64,000 bases of DNA. Origin: Macrostomum lignano. Its lineage: Eukaryota. Where the stretch lies: contig NIVC01001057.1 of assembly GCA_002269645.1 (NCBI GenBank), forward strand, positions 62,001-126,000, in the 5' to 3' direction. Each line of letters starts with the position of its first letter. The first letter of the stretch is position 1. Shown piece after piece: positions 12,356 through 24,572 of the stretch. Position numbers and translations under genes: made by a program. The notes under the pieces are model-generated. The model had not been told where the DNA came from, ran no database searches, and saw only the letters and a program-made list of their open reading frames with translations.

Positions 12356-12656
12356 CCTTTCTGCATTCTCCTTATCTGTTCCTGATTGACAGGTAATCTT
12401 GACCGCCACACTTCTCATTCTTTCAGTTCTCTCAGGCCTTCTCTTTCAGTCTTCAATGGCCAGAGTAGCAGATAAGCCCCCGCCTGACAACCAGACCCCA
12501 AAGTCTCAAAGTCTAGCGTGATGTGGGCCAGCGGCTGCCAGCTTAATCAGATGGAGTGCCAGCAGCGCTGATGCAGCTCCCGGCTTTGGCTTATCGTTGG
12601 GCTTCAGGAGCTTGCTGCTCCGTCTGGTGCACTTTCTTTGCTGAACTCAAAGTCTC

Positions 12657-12978
12657 TCTCAGGGTTTCACTCTCCGATTGACTTCTGGCTGGATGTCACT
12701 CTCGGGGTTTCACTCTCCGATTGACTTCTGGCTGGGTGTCACTCTCGGGGTTTCACTCTCCGATTGACTTCTGGCTGGGTGTCACTCTCGGGGTTTCACT
12801 CTCTGATTGACTTCTGGCTGGGTGTCACTCTCGGGGTTTCACTCTCTGATTGACTTCTGGCTGGGTGTCACTCTCGGGGTTTTACTCTCTGATTGACTTC
12901 TGGCTGGGTGTCACTCTCGGGGTTTTACTCTCTGATTGACTTCTGGCTGGGTGTCACTCTCGGGGTTTCACTCTCCAA
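12657..12978. repeat. 43-bp minisatellite TTGACTTCTGGCTGGGTGTCACTCTCGGGGTTTCACTCTCCGA, about 7 copies
   Basis: Period 43 (12721 to 12764). Confidence 0.92.
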
Positions 12979-13561
12979 CTGACTGCCGACTAAATATCAC
13001 TCGGAGAGCGTCACTCTCTCTCTGTCCGGCAAATGACATGCGTAGGGAAAGTTTCGCTGCAGCAAAGCTTCTCCGAAAGCCATCAGGGAGAGCCCGACTG
13101 CCCGGTTGCGATCGCAGATGGCGCAGCTGCTCAGCCGGACCATGACTGATGGCTCCAGATGCCGCCCTCCATCAACCAGCCTCTCAGACACCGGCAAGTC
13201 CTATCTCCAATTTGTAAGTCGCATCCGCCTGCTCATTCCAGCCTCCTAGCTTGTTCATCTTCATCCTGAGCATTCCAGCTGCTGCACTTCAGCTATCCAT
13301 GGAGTGGTCACGTGACCCCCCATTCATCACCGGCCGGGAAATCGAAGCGAATTACCCGGCCTGATCGATGCTGGCCCGCCTGGCAGCTCGCGAAGGTGGG
13401 CGAGGCTGTGGGGGGGAGGCTGAGGGGACGGGAAAAGTTCTGAGGAGAAGCAAAACAAATGGGATTTGTCCGGGGCCGGGGACAGGGGGAGACAGTCCGC
13501 ATCTGTCTTGCTGGGTGCGACTAATCTGCAGAGAGGGACCCGCTGGCAAATTCGGTGAATG

Positions 13562-14650
13562 CGCAGTGAATGTGCAGTGAATGTGCAGTGAGTGTGCAGT
13601 GAGTGTGCAGTGAATGTGCAGTGAATGTGCAGTGAGTGTGCAGTGAATGTGCAGTGAATGTGCAGTGAATGTGCAGTGAATGTGCAGTGAATGTGCAGTG
13701 ATATGCAGTGAGTGTGCAGTGAATGTGCAGTGAATGTGCAGTGAATGTGCAGTGAATGTGCAGTGAATGTGCAGTGATATGCAGTGAATGTGCAGTAAAT
13801 GTGCAGTGAATGTGCAGTGAATGTGCAGTGATATGCAGTGAGTGTGCAGTGAATGTGCAGTGAATGTGCAGTGAATGTGCAGTGAATGTGCAGTGAATGT
13901 GCAGTGATATGCAGTGAGTGTGCAGTGAATGTGCAGTGAATGTGCAGTGAATGTGCAGTGAATGTGCAGTGAATGTGCAGTGATATGCAGTGAATGTGCA
14001 GTAAATGTGCAGTGAATGTGCAGTGATATGCAGTGAGTGTGCAGTGAATGTGCAGTGAATGTGCAGTGAATGTGCAGTGAATGTGCAGTGAATGTGCAGT
14101 GAATGTGCAGTGAATGTGCAGTGAATGTGCAGTGAATGTGCAGTGAATGTGCAGTGAATGTGCAGTGAATGTGCAGTGAATGTGCAGTGAATGTGCAGTG
14201 AATGTGCAGTGATATGCAGTGATATGCAGTGAATGTGCAGTGAGTGTGCAGTAAATGTGCAGTAAATGTGCAGTGAATTTGCAGTGATATGCAGTGAGTG
14301 TGCAGTGAATGTGCAGTGAATGTGCAGTGAATGTGCAGTGAATGTGCAGTGAATGTGCAGTAAATGTGCAGTGAATGTGCAGTGATATGCAGTGAGTGTG
14401 CAGTGAATGTGCAGTGAATGTGCAGTGAATGTGCAGTGATATGCAGTGAATGTGCAGTAAATGTGCAGTGAATGTGCAGTGATATGCAGTGAGTGTGCAG
14501 TGAATGTGCAGTGAATGTGCAGTGAATGTGCAGTGAATGTGCAGTGAATGTGCAGTGAATGTGCAGTGAATGTGCAGTGAATGTGCAGTGAATGTGCAGT
14601 GATATGCAGTGAATGTGCAGTGAATGTGCAGTGAATGTGCATGAATGTGC
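13562..14650. repeat. 11-bp minisatellite GTGCAGTGAAT (with 9-bp variant)
   Basis: Seen directly; source of the HCTFTAHSL pseudo-ORFs. Confidence 0.95.
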
Positions 14651-15109
14651 AGGGCAGCACTGAATCGGCCGCTCACAGGACAGCCTAGTGGGGCGGCCAG
14701 CTTCAGCGAGCACTTTCTCGACAACTGGCCAGTCTAAGCCTTCAGAGCCTTGCTTTTAGAAGAAACACGCAAAGGAAAAGCAGATTCTCAGCGGGCGCAA
14801 CAGCCACGGGGGGCGTGAGATGCCAGCGCCATCTCTGCCAATGGATTATCAGTGTTCACTGAGCACCGGGTACCGGATTATCGACCCCCGTAGCTGATCT
14901 CTCACTTTCCGAGCGCCTCTGTCCACGAGAATCCAATTTCGAGTTTCCGTGCGCGCCGCCCGAGCTGCTCGACCGCTCGGATCAGGTGGCGCCTCGATCG
15001 ATTCGCCCCCCCCCCCGCCTGTCCCCCGCCTGTCCCCTCGGATCCCCGGCACCGCGGGATCGCCGGCGGATCGGAGCTGCGAGAGGAGCTGGAGTGAGGG
15101 GAATCGATT

Positions 15110-16215
15110 GATTGGCTAATCTAGCCGACGGATTAAATAATCGAGTGGATTGCTAATCTAGCGCCAACGGATTAAATAATCAAATGGATTACTAATCTAG
15201 CCAACGGATTAAATAATCGAGTCAATTGGTAATTTAGTCACAAGGATTAAATAATCAAGTGGATTGCTAATCTAGCCAATTGATTAAATAATCTTGAGGA
15301 TTGCTAATCTAGCCAATGGATTAAATAATCAAGTGGATTGCTAATCTAGCCAATGGATTAAATAATCAAGTGGATTGCTAATCTAGCCGATGGATTAAAT
15401 AATCAAGTGGATTGCTAATCTAGCCGATGGATTAAACAATCAAGTGGATTGCTAATCTAGCCGATGGATTAAATAATCAAGTGGATTGCTAATCTAGCCG
15501 ATGGATTAAATAATCAAGTGGATGGCTAATCTAGCCGATGGATTAAATAATCAAGTGGATTGCTAGTCTAGCCAACGGATTAAATAATCTAGTGGATTGC
15601 TAATCTAGACAATGGATTAAATAATCAAGTGGATTGCTAATCTAGCCATTGGATTAAATAATCGAGTGGATTGCTAATCTAGCCAACGGATTAAATAATC
15701 AAGTGGATTGCTAATCTAGCCAATAAATTAAATAATCTTGAGGATTGCTAATCTAGCCAATGGATTAAATAATCAAGTGGATTGCTAATCTAGCCAATGG
15801 ATTAAATAATCGAGTGGATTGCTAATCTAGCCATTGGATTAAATAATCTTGAGGATTGCTAATCTAGCCAACGGATTAAATAATCAAGTGGATTGCTAAT
15901 CTAGCCAATGGATTAAATAATCGAGTGTATTGCTAATCTAGCCATTGGATTAAATAATCAAGTGGATTGCTAATCTAGCCAACGGATTAAATAATCGAGT
16001 GGATTGCTAATCTAGCCGATGGATTAAATAATCGAGTGGATGGCTAATCTAGCCAATGGATTAAATAATCAAGTGGATAGCTAATCTAGCCAACGGATTA
16101 AATAATCGAGTCGATTGGTAATTTAGTCACAAGGATTAAATATTCGAGTTGATTACTAATCTAGCCAACGGATTAAATAATCGAGTGATTTGCTAATCTA
16201 GCCAATGGATTCAAT
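15110..16215. repeat. 37-bp minisatellite GGATTAAATAATCAAGTGGATTGCTAATCTAGCCAAT, about 30 copies
   Basis: Period 37 (15301 to 15338). Confidence 0.95.
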
Positions 16216-16499
16216 ATTAAGTGGATTGCAAGTGCAACCTCCCAAAGTTTGACTTGTTTTTTCATTTTAGAAATATTATGGACTAGTGACATTGGAGTAT
16301 TAAAATTTGTGCAATGCAAATCAAAATCATCGTTTAAAAATCTGTGTGTGCTACTGACTAAGTAGAGGAGACGCAACATTGTATTATCAGATAGCGAATC
16401 CTTTCACAGCTGTGAGTGCTGGTTCCGTTTCTGTATTTCCTATTCTGGCATCTTTCAGTTGCTTGCTTTAGTCTTCTGATACAGGAGATCCTTTGATAC

Positions 16500-16915
16500 A
16501 CTGCAGTCCCTGCACCCCTACAGCCCTGCACCCCTGCACCCCTGCACCCCCTGCAGCCCCTGCAGCCCTGCAGCCCTGCACCCCCTGCACCCCCTGCACC
16601 CCCTGCAGCCCTGCAGCCCTGCACCCCTGCACCCCCTGCACCCCTTGCAGCCCTGCAGCCCTGCAGCCCTGCACCCCCTGCACCCCCTGCACCCCCTGCA
16701 GCCCTGCAGCCCTGCACCCCCTGCACCCCCTGCACCCCTTGCAGCCCTGCAGCCCTGCAGCCCTGCACCCCTGCACCCCCTGCACCCCCTGCAGCCCTGC
16801 AGCCCTGCACCCCTGCACCCACTACACCCACTGCAGCCCTGCAGCCCTGCAGCCCTGCAGCCCTGCACTCCTGCACCCCCTGCACCCACTGCACCCCCTG
16901 CGCCCACTGCACCCA
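16500..16915. repeat. Low-complexity repeat of CCCTGCAG/CCCTGCAC units
   Basis: Seen directly. Confidence 0.88.
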
Positions 16916-17282
16916 AGCATTAATAATATAAATGTAAATTGTGAAATATTATACACACAAAAAGCAGTTTCACAAATGTCTTCACAAGTTGCTGAAATTA
17001 TTCTTTGTTAAATAATGGGATAAAAGCTGCTGGTCAGCAACAATTGGAAACACAAAAGTACAGATTGGTTGCTAACTTGTGGATTTACAACATGAAGAGT
17101 TCAGATAGCAGAAAGGAAACGGGAGGAAACTTGGTCCAGGCCAAGTCAACGATTGTCAGCACAACACGACACATTTTTTTGTAAGCGAGATAGCGAACGA
17201 GGGAAATCAGAAATCGATAAATAATTATCATCAGCGATATCGGTCTTTATTGGCTGAGAGGTCTGCCCACAATTTACAAGCC

Positions 17283-17545
17283 CAGTTAACCCCACTGTAC
17301 AGCAGTAGGCTGCCCAGTCAGCCCCACTGTACAGCAGTAGGCTGCCCAGTCAGCCCCACTGTACAGCAGTAGGCTGCCCAGTCAGCCCCACAATACAGCA
17401 GTAGGCCGCCCAGTCAGCCCCACAATACAGCAGTAGGCTGCCCAGTCAGCCCCACAGTACAGCAGTAGGCCGCCCAGTCAGCCCCACAGTACAGCAGTAG
17501 GCCGCCCATTCAGCCCCACAATACAGCAGTCGGCTGCCCAGTCAG
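17283..17545. repeat. 32-bp minisatellite CAGCCCCACTGTACAGCAGTAGGCTGCCCAGT (in the probable 3' UTR of the PAN gene)
   Basis: Period 32; lies between the stop at 17567 and the - strand AATAAA at 17246-17251. Confidence 0.9.
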
Positions 17546-17566
17546 CCAGGCCGGCGTCGCTGAAGC

Positions 17567-17863
17567 TCAGGCGGTCAGCAGCTGGCCGGACTCGCAGGCG
17601 CCGGGCGTCAGGCCGGCAATCTCGGCAGCCGTGACCATCAGGCAGGCATCGGGCGGCTCGCGCTGGAAGAACGCGCAGCCGGAGGTGAACAGGCATCGCT
17701 GGGCGCAGGCTGTGAAGGTCGGCGAGCCGGAGTCCTCCGGGCGCAGGGACAGCAGGCTGCGGTTGGCGCACTGGCTGGAAGGCGCGATCCGCCAGCAGGC
17801 CGACGAACCCGACGGTACCACCGCCGCAGTCAGCAGGAGAAGCAGTGCCAGAGTCAGGTGCAT
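17567..17863 (-). CDS. Small secreted PAN/apple-like domain protein, 98 aa, single exon
   Basis: MHLTLALLLLLTAAVVPSGSSA is a signal peptide; the mature part has the PAN-like pattern CAQRCLFTSGCAFFQ...CLM; GC-rich coding-type composition; downstream AATAAA. Confidence 0.7.
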   Translation of the reverse strand: MHLTLALLLLLTAAVVPSGSSACWRIAPSSQCANRSLLSLRPEDSGSPTFTACAQRCLFTSGCAFFQREPPDACLMVTAAEIAGLTPGACESGQLLTA

Positions 17864-18829
17864 CGTTGAGCTGCGACTGACAGGAATGAGAGGGGCGGAG
17901 CAGCTCCGTGAGTAACTCTCGCCCAAGAGGCCCAGAGCCCGCTGCGAACCAAATGAAGAGTCGAAGCTTGGGGATCGTGGCAACTTTAGGAAGGCCTTTT
18001 CACAATGATTCATATGGGTAAACAGCAAGAGTAACTATACTTTTCTATATATAGTAAAACGCTTCGGCATCTAATTAGCGTTTTGAAAGCAGAGAATTCC
18101 TGAACTAAAGCAAGCACTACTGTTAGTAAGTGGCCGTAAGTATGAAAATTCTCTTGAGAACTCTATTTCCATTGCATTTTTCTGGAATCTGGAAAGCTCC
18201 ATATCTCGCCATTGCATTTCACAGCGGAGAAACTCACCTCAATCCGTGAGAAAAGCGGAGCGAAACAAGGCGGATGCGAAGCGGCAGTCCGTGGGAAAAC
18301 TCAGTGTTTTCAGTATGCAGTGAGATCCCCAAACTCTCTCTCTGCCCTGGACAGCCCAACTCTGAATTCCGCCAGTTATGAAAGCTTGTTTGCTTATTCG
18401 AGTTGGTATGGCAACGCACGAACTGCATAATGAGAGCCGCGGTGCCGGTGACTGTTTTCCATTGGCAGGCCATTGTGGCCCAGTGGTCTCTCCAGCGCCG
18501 TCCCTCCGTACCTCGGGGGGGGGGGACTCCGGCATGGCAGCAGGTCTGCTGCTCCTGCGGCCCCCCCAACCTCCTCACGGATTATCGAGACACTCAAATT
18601 TGCTATTGTGAGAAAATTGTACAGAAATTGCTATTCCAAATTCCTTCCGACCTCTTTAGCATTGTTGGCAGCTCTCCGGCAGCTGGAGTGGCTTGATTGA
18701 ATTATCCAATGCTGTAAATTCCCGCATCTTTGCTGTATTTTGTTGCTATGCACTGGCTCAGCTGGTTACCTGATTTATGACGGGCTGAATGCGAACTAAT
18801 GTCAATGTATCACATTATTCATGCACCAA

Positions 18830-19137
18830 AACGGTCATGCATCAAATCGGTCATGCATCAAATCGGTCATGCATCAAATCGGTCATGTATCAAATCGGTC
18901 ATGCATCAAATCGGTCATGCATCAAATCGGTCATGCATCAAATCGGTCATGCATCAAATCGGTCATGCATCAAATCGGTCATGCATCAAATCGGTCATGC
19001 ATCAAATCGGTCATGCATCAAATCGGTCATGCATCAAATCGGTCATGCATCAAATCGGTCATGCATCAAATCGGTCATGCATCAAATCGGTCATGCATCA
19101 AATCGGTCATGCATCAAATCGGTCATGCATCAAATCG
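18830..19137. repeat. 16-bp minisatellite GCATCAAATCGGTCAT, near-perfect
   Basis: Seen directly. Confidence 0.95.
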
Positions 19138-19199
19138 AATAATTATTTTAAATAATAATTATTTATTGTTATTTTATCGAATAATTGTGCTTCTCCCTC

Positions 19200-20078
19200 T
19201 CACGTCCCTTCTCCCGCTCAAACCTACACCATCTGCTTCCCTCCACCCTCTGCTCCCCTTCACCCTCTGCTCCCCTTCACCCTCTGCTCCCCTCCACGCT
19301 CTGCTACCCTTCACCCTCTGCTCCCCTCCACCCTCTGCCCCCTCCACCCTCTGCTCCCCTTCCCCCTTTGCTCCCCTTCACCCTCTGCTCCCCTCCACGC
19401 TCTGCTCCCCTCCACCCTCTGCTCCCCTTCACCCTCTGCTCCCCTCCACCCTCTGCTCCCCTCCACGCTCTGCTCCCCTCCACTCTCTGCTCCCCTTCAC
19501 CCTCTGCTCCCCTCCACCCTCTGCTCCCCTCCACTCTCTGCTCCCCTTCACCCTCTGCTCCCCTCCACCGTCTGCTCCCCTCCACCGTCTGCTCCCCTCC
19601 ACCGTCTGCTCCCCTCCACCGTCTGCTCCCCTCCACCGTCTGCTCCCCTCCACCCTCTGCTCCCCTCCACCGTCTGCTCCCCTCCACCCTCTGCTCCCCT
19701 CCACCCTCTGCTCCCCTCCACCGTCTGCTCCCCTCCACCCTCTGCTCCCCTCCACCCTCTGCTCCCCTCCACCCTCTGCTCCCCTCCAACCTCCACAAGC
19801 CGCACAAGCCGCACAAGCCGCACAAGCCGCACAAGCCGCACAAGCCGCACAAGCCGCACAAGCCGCACAAGCCGCACAAGCCGCACAAGCCGCACAAGCC
19901 GCACAAGCCGCACAAGCCGCACAAGCCGCACAAGCCGCACAAGCCGCACAAGCCGCACAAGCCGCACAAGCCGCACAAGCCGCACAAGCCGCACAAGCCG
20001 CACAAGCCGCACAAGCCGCACAAGCCGCACAAGCCGCACAAGCCGCACAAGCCGCACAAGCCGCACAAGCCGCACAAG
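19200..20078. repeat. Abutting arrays: 17-bp CCCTCCACCCTCTGCTC (19200-19790) and perfect 9-bp CACAAGCCG (19792-20078)
   Basis: Seen directly. Confidence 0.93.
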
Positions 20079-20414
20079 CATTCTTCCATTTCGCTAATAT
20101 TTTCTGGTTGCATTTCTGTATGACTTGCAGGGCAGACATACCTACAGAGCTATCTCAGGGCTTGCTCAGTGTCAGGTGTCGGGTGCCGAAGCGATGCGCT
20201 GTGTGAGTTTGCACTGTGGGTTCTTCCATTCGGGAGTAAACAGCAGTTTTGACACTGAATTTGCGCTTTCAGCAATGAAGTTTCACCAGCTGCTTCAAGT
20301 AAGGCTTGCTTCACCCGCAGTTCCGACGTACAGAAGATGAGATGATAAGCTGTAAGTGCTAAAAAGACTTCCCATCTCGCCAATGCATTTTTCTGCGGAA
20401 ACCGGCCACTTTCC

Positions 20415-20600
20415 TGCCCACACCCTCACACTCTCCTGCCCACACCCTCACACTCTCCTGCCCACACCCTCACACTCTCCTGCCCACACCCTCACACACT
20501 CCTGCCCACACCCTCACACCCTCCAGCCCACACACTCCCACCCTCCAGCCCACACCCTCACACTCTGCAGCCCACACCCTCCCACCCTCCAGCCCCACCG
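20415..20600. repeat. Degenerate C-rich repeat CCCACACCCTCACACTCTCCTG
   Basis: Seen directly, diverged copies. Confidence 0.7.
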
Positions 20601-21169
20601 TCCCATCTTGAACCCACTGACCAGTTTTTGTTCAACCAACATCAAACCCCTCATCTACAGCTCAGTCCCTCTCCCCTGTTCTCTCATCCAATATCGCGGT
20701 CGCTGCAAGTAGTATAATCGACCCTATTTTGGTAAACCCACGGGAGAAAGAAAACCGAGAAGATGTGGGGGCGTGTGAAGCTCGCGTTAAGCCTCACTTG
20801 AGTGAATAAAAACTGTCGCTTTTGGCAGCTTGAGTTGCAGGCCATCTTTAATACCGCAGCGGTGAGCTCAGCAACTCCGAGAGCAGCCAGGCGGGGCCTC
20901 GCTGGGACGGCCAGTACGAGGCAGATGAGGGCAGTCGGAGCCTCGAGGCGTGACTGAGGACTGGCGATGACCCTCTCCGAGCTCGGGCAGGCTCGAAGGA
21001 CTTTATGGAAGTGCGAGGGGTGGGGCGAAACCGTGCGTGCCGCTTCTCTCCGAGCTGCTGCTGCTGCTGTATCTTGTCATCCACTCGACACCTCTGTCGG
21101 TTTTTCGGATTTTATTTCCCCTAATGCTCCGTACACCCCGTCCTCCGAGCTCCACTTGTCCTTTTGCAT

Positions 21170-21340
21170 CGGTGCTTTGTTCTCCCCGGTGCTTTGTTCT
21201 CCCCGGTGCTTTGTTCTCCCCGGTGCTTTGTTCTCCCCGGTGCTTTGTTCTTCCCGGTGCTTTGTTCTCCCCGGTGCTTTGTTCTCCCCGGTGCTTTGTT
21301 CTCCCCGGTGCTTTGTTCTCCCCGGTGCTTTGTTCTCCCT
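21170..21340. repeat. 17-bp minisatellite CTCCCCGGTGCTTTGTT
   Basis: About 10 copies seen directly. Confidence 0.92.
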
Positions 21341-21919
21341 GGTTTCTCAGTTCTCCCCGGTGCAGAGCAGCCTCTAAAGCCGGTCTCCAAACTGTATCCA
21401 CAAAGCCAGCAAAAGGAGGCTATCGAACTAAAAAATCTTCTTCGGTCAGTGCGCATTATCAAACGAGACGAAAAACTTTTTCAAACTTTAAAAATCGCTG
21501 CAGATAAAATTTCTTCCGCTCCAGTAACAGCCAAACAATCAGCGTGGGCCACTGACTCCATCTTTGCAGCGCTTTTGTTGAAAGCTGATGGCTAATAGAA
21601 TTGCTTTGATCCGTCTGGGCTCGGGGGGGGGGGAATTCGATCTCAGCACCAGCTCAGTTCGGCCGATTTCGACTGGCGTGTCAGCCCGGCTGAGCTGCAG
21701 GAGCAGGCAAATTTGGTGGCTTTTAATGGTGCCGTGCGTGCAGCAATTATTGCCAGACCTTTCATGCGGCCCTTTCCAGCTGATTTGTTGACAAAGCGGA
21801 ACCTTCCATTAATGGCGACCGATCTCCATTCTTCAGTTAATTTATCCCCTGACTTCTGGCTGACGGCGGCGCGCTGACATCTGTCAGTGGCAAACATGTT
21901 CATGTATCTATGCTTTTGT

Positions 21920-23126
<1,207 letters not shown>

Positions 23127-24551
23127 ATTTTCTAGCTGACCTTTGAACTCGCAAAAGTTGTAGGCCCCGAACGCAAATGGAAAGACTTGCAAAAGCATTT
23201 TCACCCGTAGAAAGCATGCAGATGGCCTCGCAGCAGCACAATAGGCTATCCGTTTGAAAGTCAACTCTCATGGGAGTCGCGGAGGCGGCAGCCTTTTCAG
23301 ATTTCTCCAGTTCTCTTCGGTCGGACATCGAAGGCGGATGCCGCTGTGGCGCAATGCTCTAATTTTCGAGTTTCCGAGAAAGCAGGGGAGGCCTTGCAGT
23401 CCTCACTTCCCTTCAATTTGCTGCCCTTCCCCTCCCATCCCGGGCGGTTTGCACTGCATGCAGTTTTCCATATTTCTAAGCTCGTAGCTCTCAGCTATCA
23501 ACTTGAATCCCTCAAAACTGCTACTGCAGAGCAAGGACTCCTAGTGGTCCTTGCTGCAGAGTCACAGGCCAAAAATCTTCCCACCTCTTTAATGTATTTT
23601 CTAGCTATGGCATGTCTTCTCTAGATTTTAGCAGGTTTTCTAGTCTAGTAGTCCTCGTTTAACACACACAACTCGGTATGCATAGTGGAAGTCCTGAAGC
23701 TGAGATGCTGGCAAATAGTGGAAATTGGGCTGGCCCTCAAAAAATGTCTACAGAACAACGACAACTTCTGGCGGCCCTTGTGAAAGTCAGGCCAGACTGG
23801 GAGGCCGAAGCAAGCAGAACTGATGGCGGTCGCCCGCACCTGCACTGATTGGACAGTGGCGGTCAGAAATCCCTACAGCAGCCAGATCGCCCAGGTATCC
23901 GGATATAATACGCCCTACTTGCAGCGCCGCAGGGTTTCGCAGGTTGAGGCCCCCCCTCTCCCCAGCCGCACTCTCAGCTGTCCCGCAGCTCCTGCCTCTG
24001 AAACACAGCACTGCTCGCAACCCCAACTCCAACTTGTACCCGAGAAGATCAGACGCGAGCGAGCCTCGACTCTGAGTAGGGAGGGGGAGAGCTTCGTGAA
24101 TTGCGCAGCTCCCGTCGTGTCCTTTCCAACCTCGGGAATTCGAGCCCAGGGCATCGGGCGGGAGTCCCGAGTCGAGTCGACATCGCCGAGTCATCAGCGG
24201 GAGCAGCAGAGTGGCATAAAGCAATTTGAGCAGCTCCCCCCTCTTGTTTTCCCCGGGCAGCGGCCGCCCAGAACTCCCCTCCCGCTCGGCACTTAATCCA
24301 CTTCTGGGAAAACAATTAACCCATCTGATCGCTGCAGCGATAGCGCCGAGCTTAATGGGATAAAAAGGATTTGAAGTTCGAAGATCTCCGACCCGCCCCA
24401 TCCCCCCGAACTCGGCCCGGGCCGGGCTTGCTCGCTCCTGAGGAGCAAATAAAACTCTTTGTCAAAGAAGCCGCATGCAGTTTCTGCTCAGTCGGAATCT
24501 CAGCGCACTGCAAACTGCCCCGCCGCCGAGCGCCTTATCGCTGGCTCAAGC

Positions 24552-24572
24552 ATGAGAATCTCTGCGTGGGCG
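24552..24572 (+). CDS. Inferred first coding exon of the RPTP (MRISAWA)
   Basis: ATG AGA ATC TCT GCG TGG GCG|GTAAGT; phase-0 join to 37659 gives the signal-peptide-like [22 protein letters not shown]. Confidence 0.6.

Noticed and set aside
15110-16215. CRISPR-like appearance of regularly spaced 37-bp repeats (also 59250-59975)
   Set aside because: No unique spacers, units are contiguous, no cas genes, and the context is spliceosomal eukaryotic DNA.
20150-20383. 77-aa - strand ORF with a hydrophobic N-terminus (possible secreted peptide)
   Set aside because: No recognisable domain or dibasic cleavage pattern and no coding-type GC bias like the real exons.
23787-24401. ORFs of 157-204 aa upstream of the RPTP start
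   Set aside because: No motifs; GC-rich unique DNA more likely 5' UTR or promoter.
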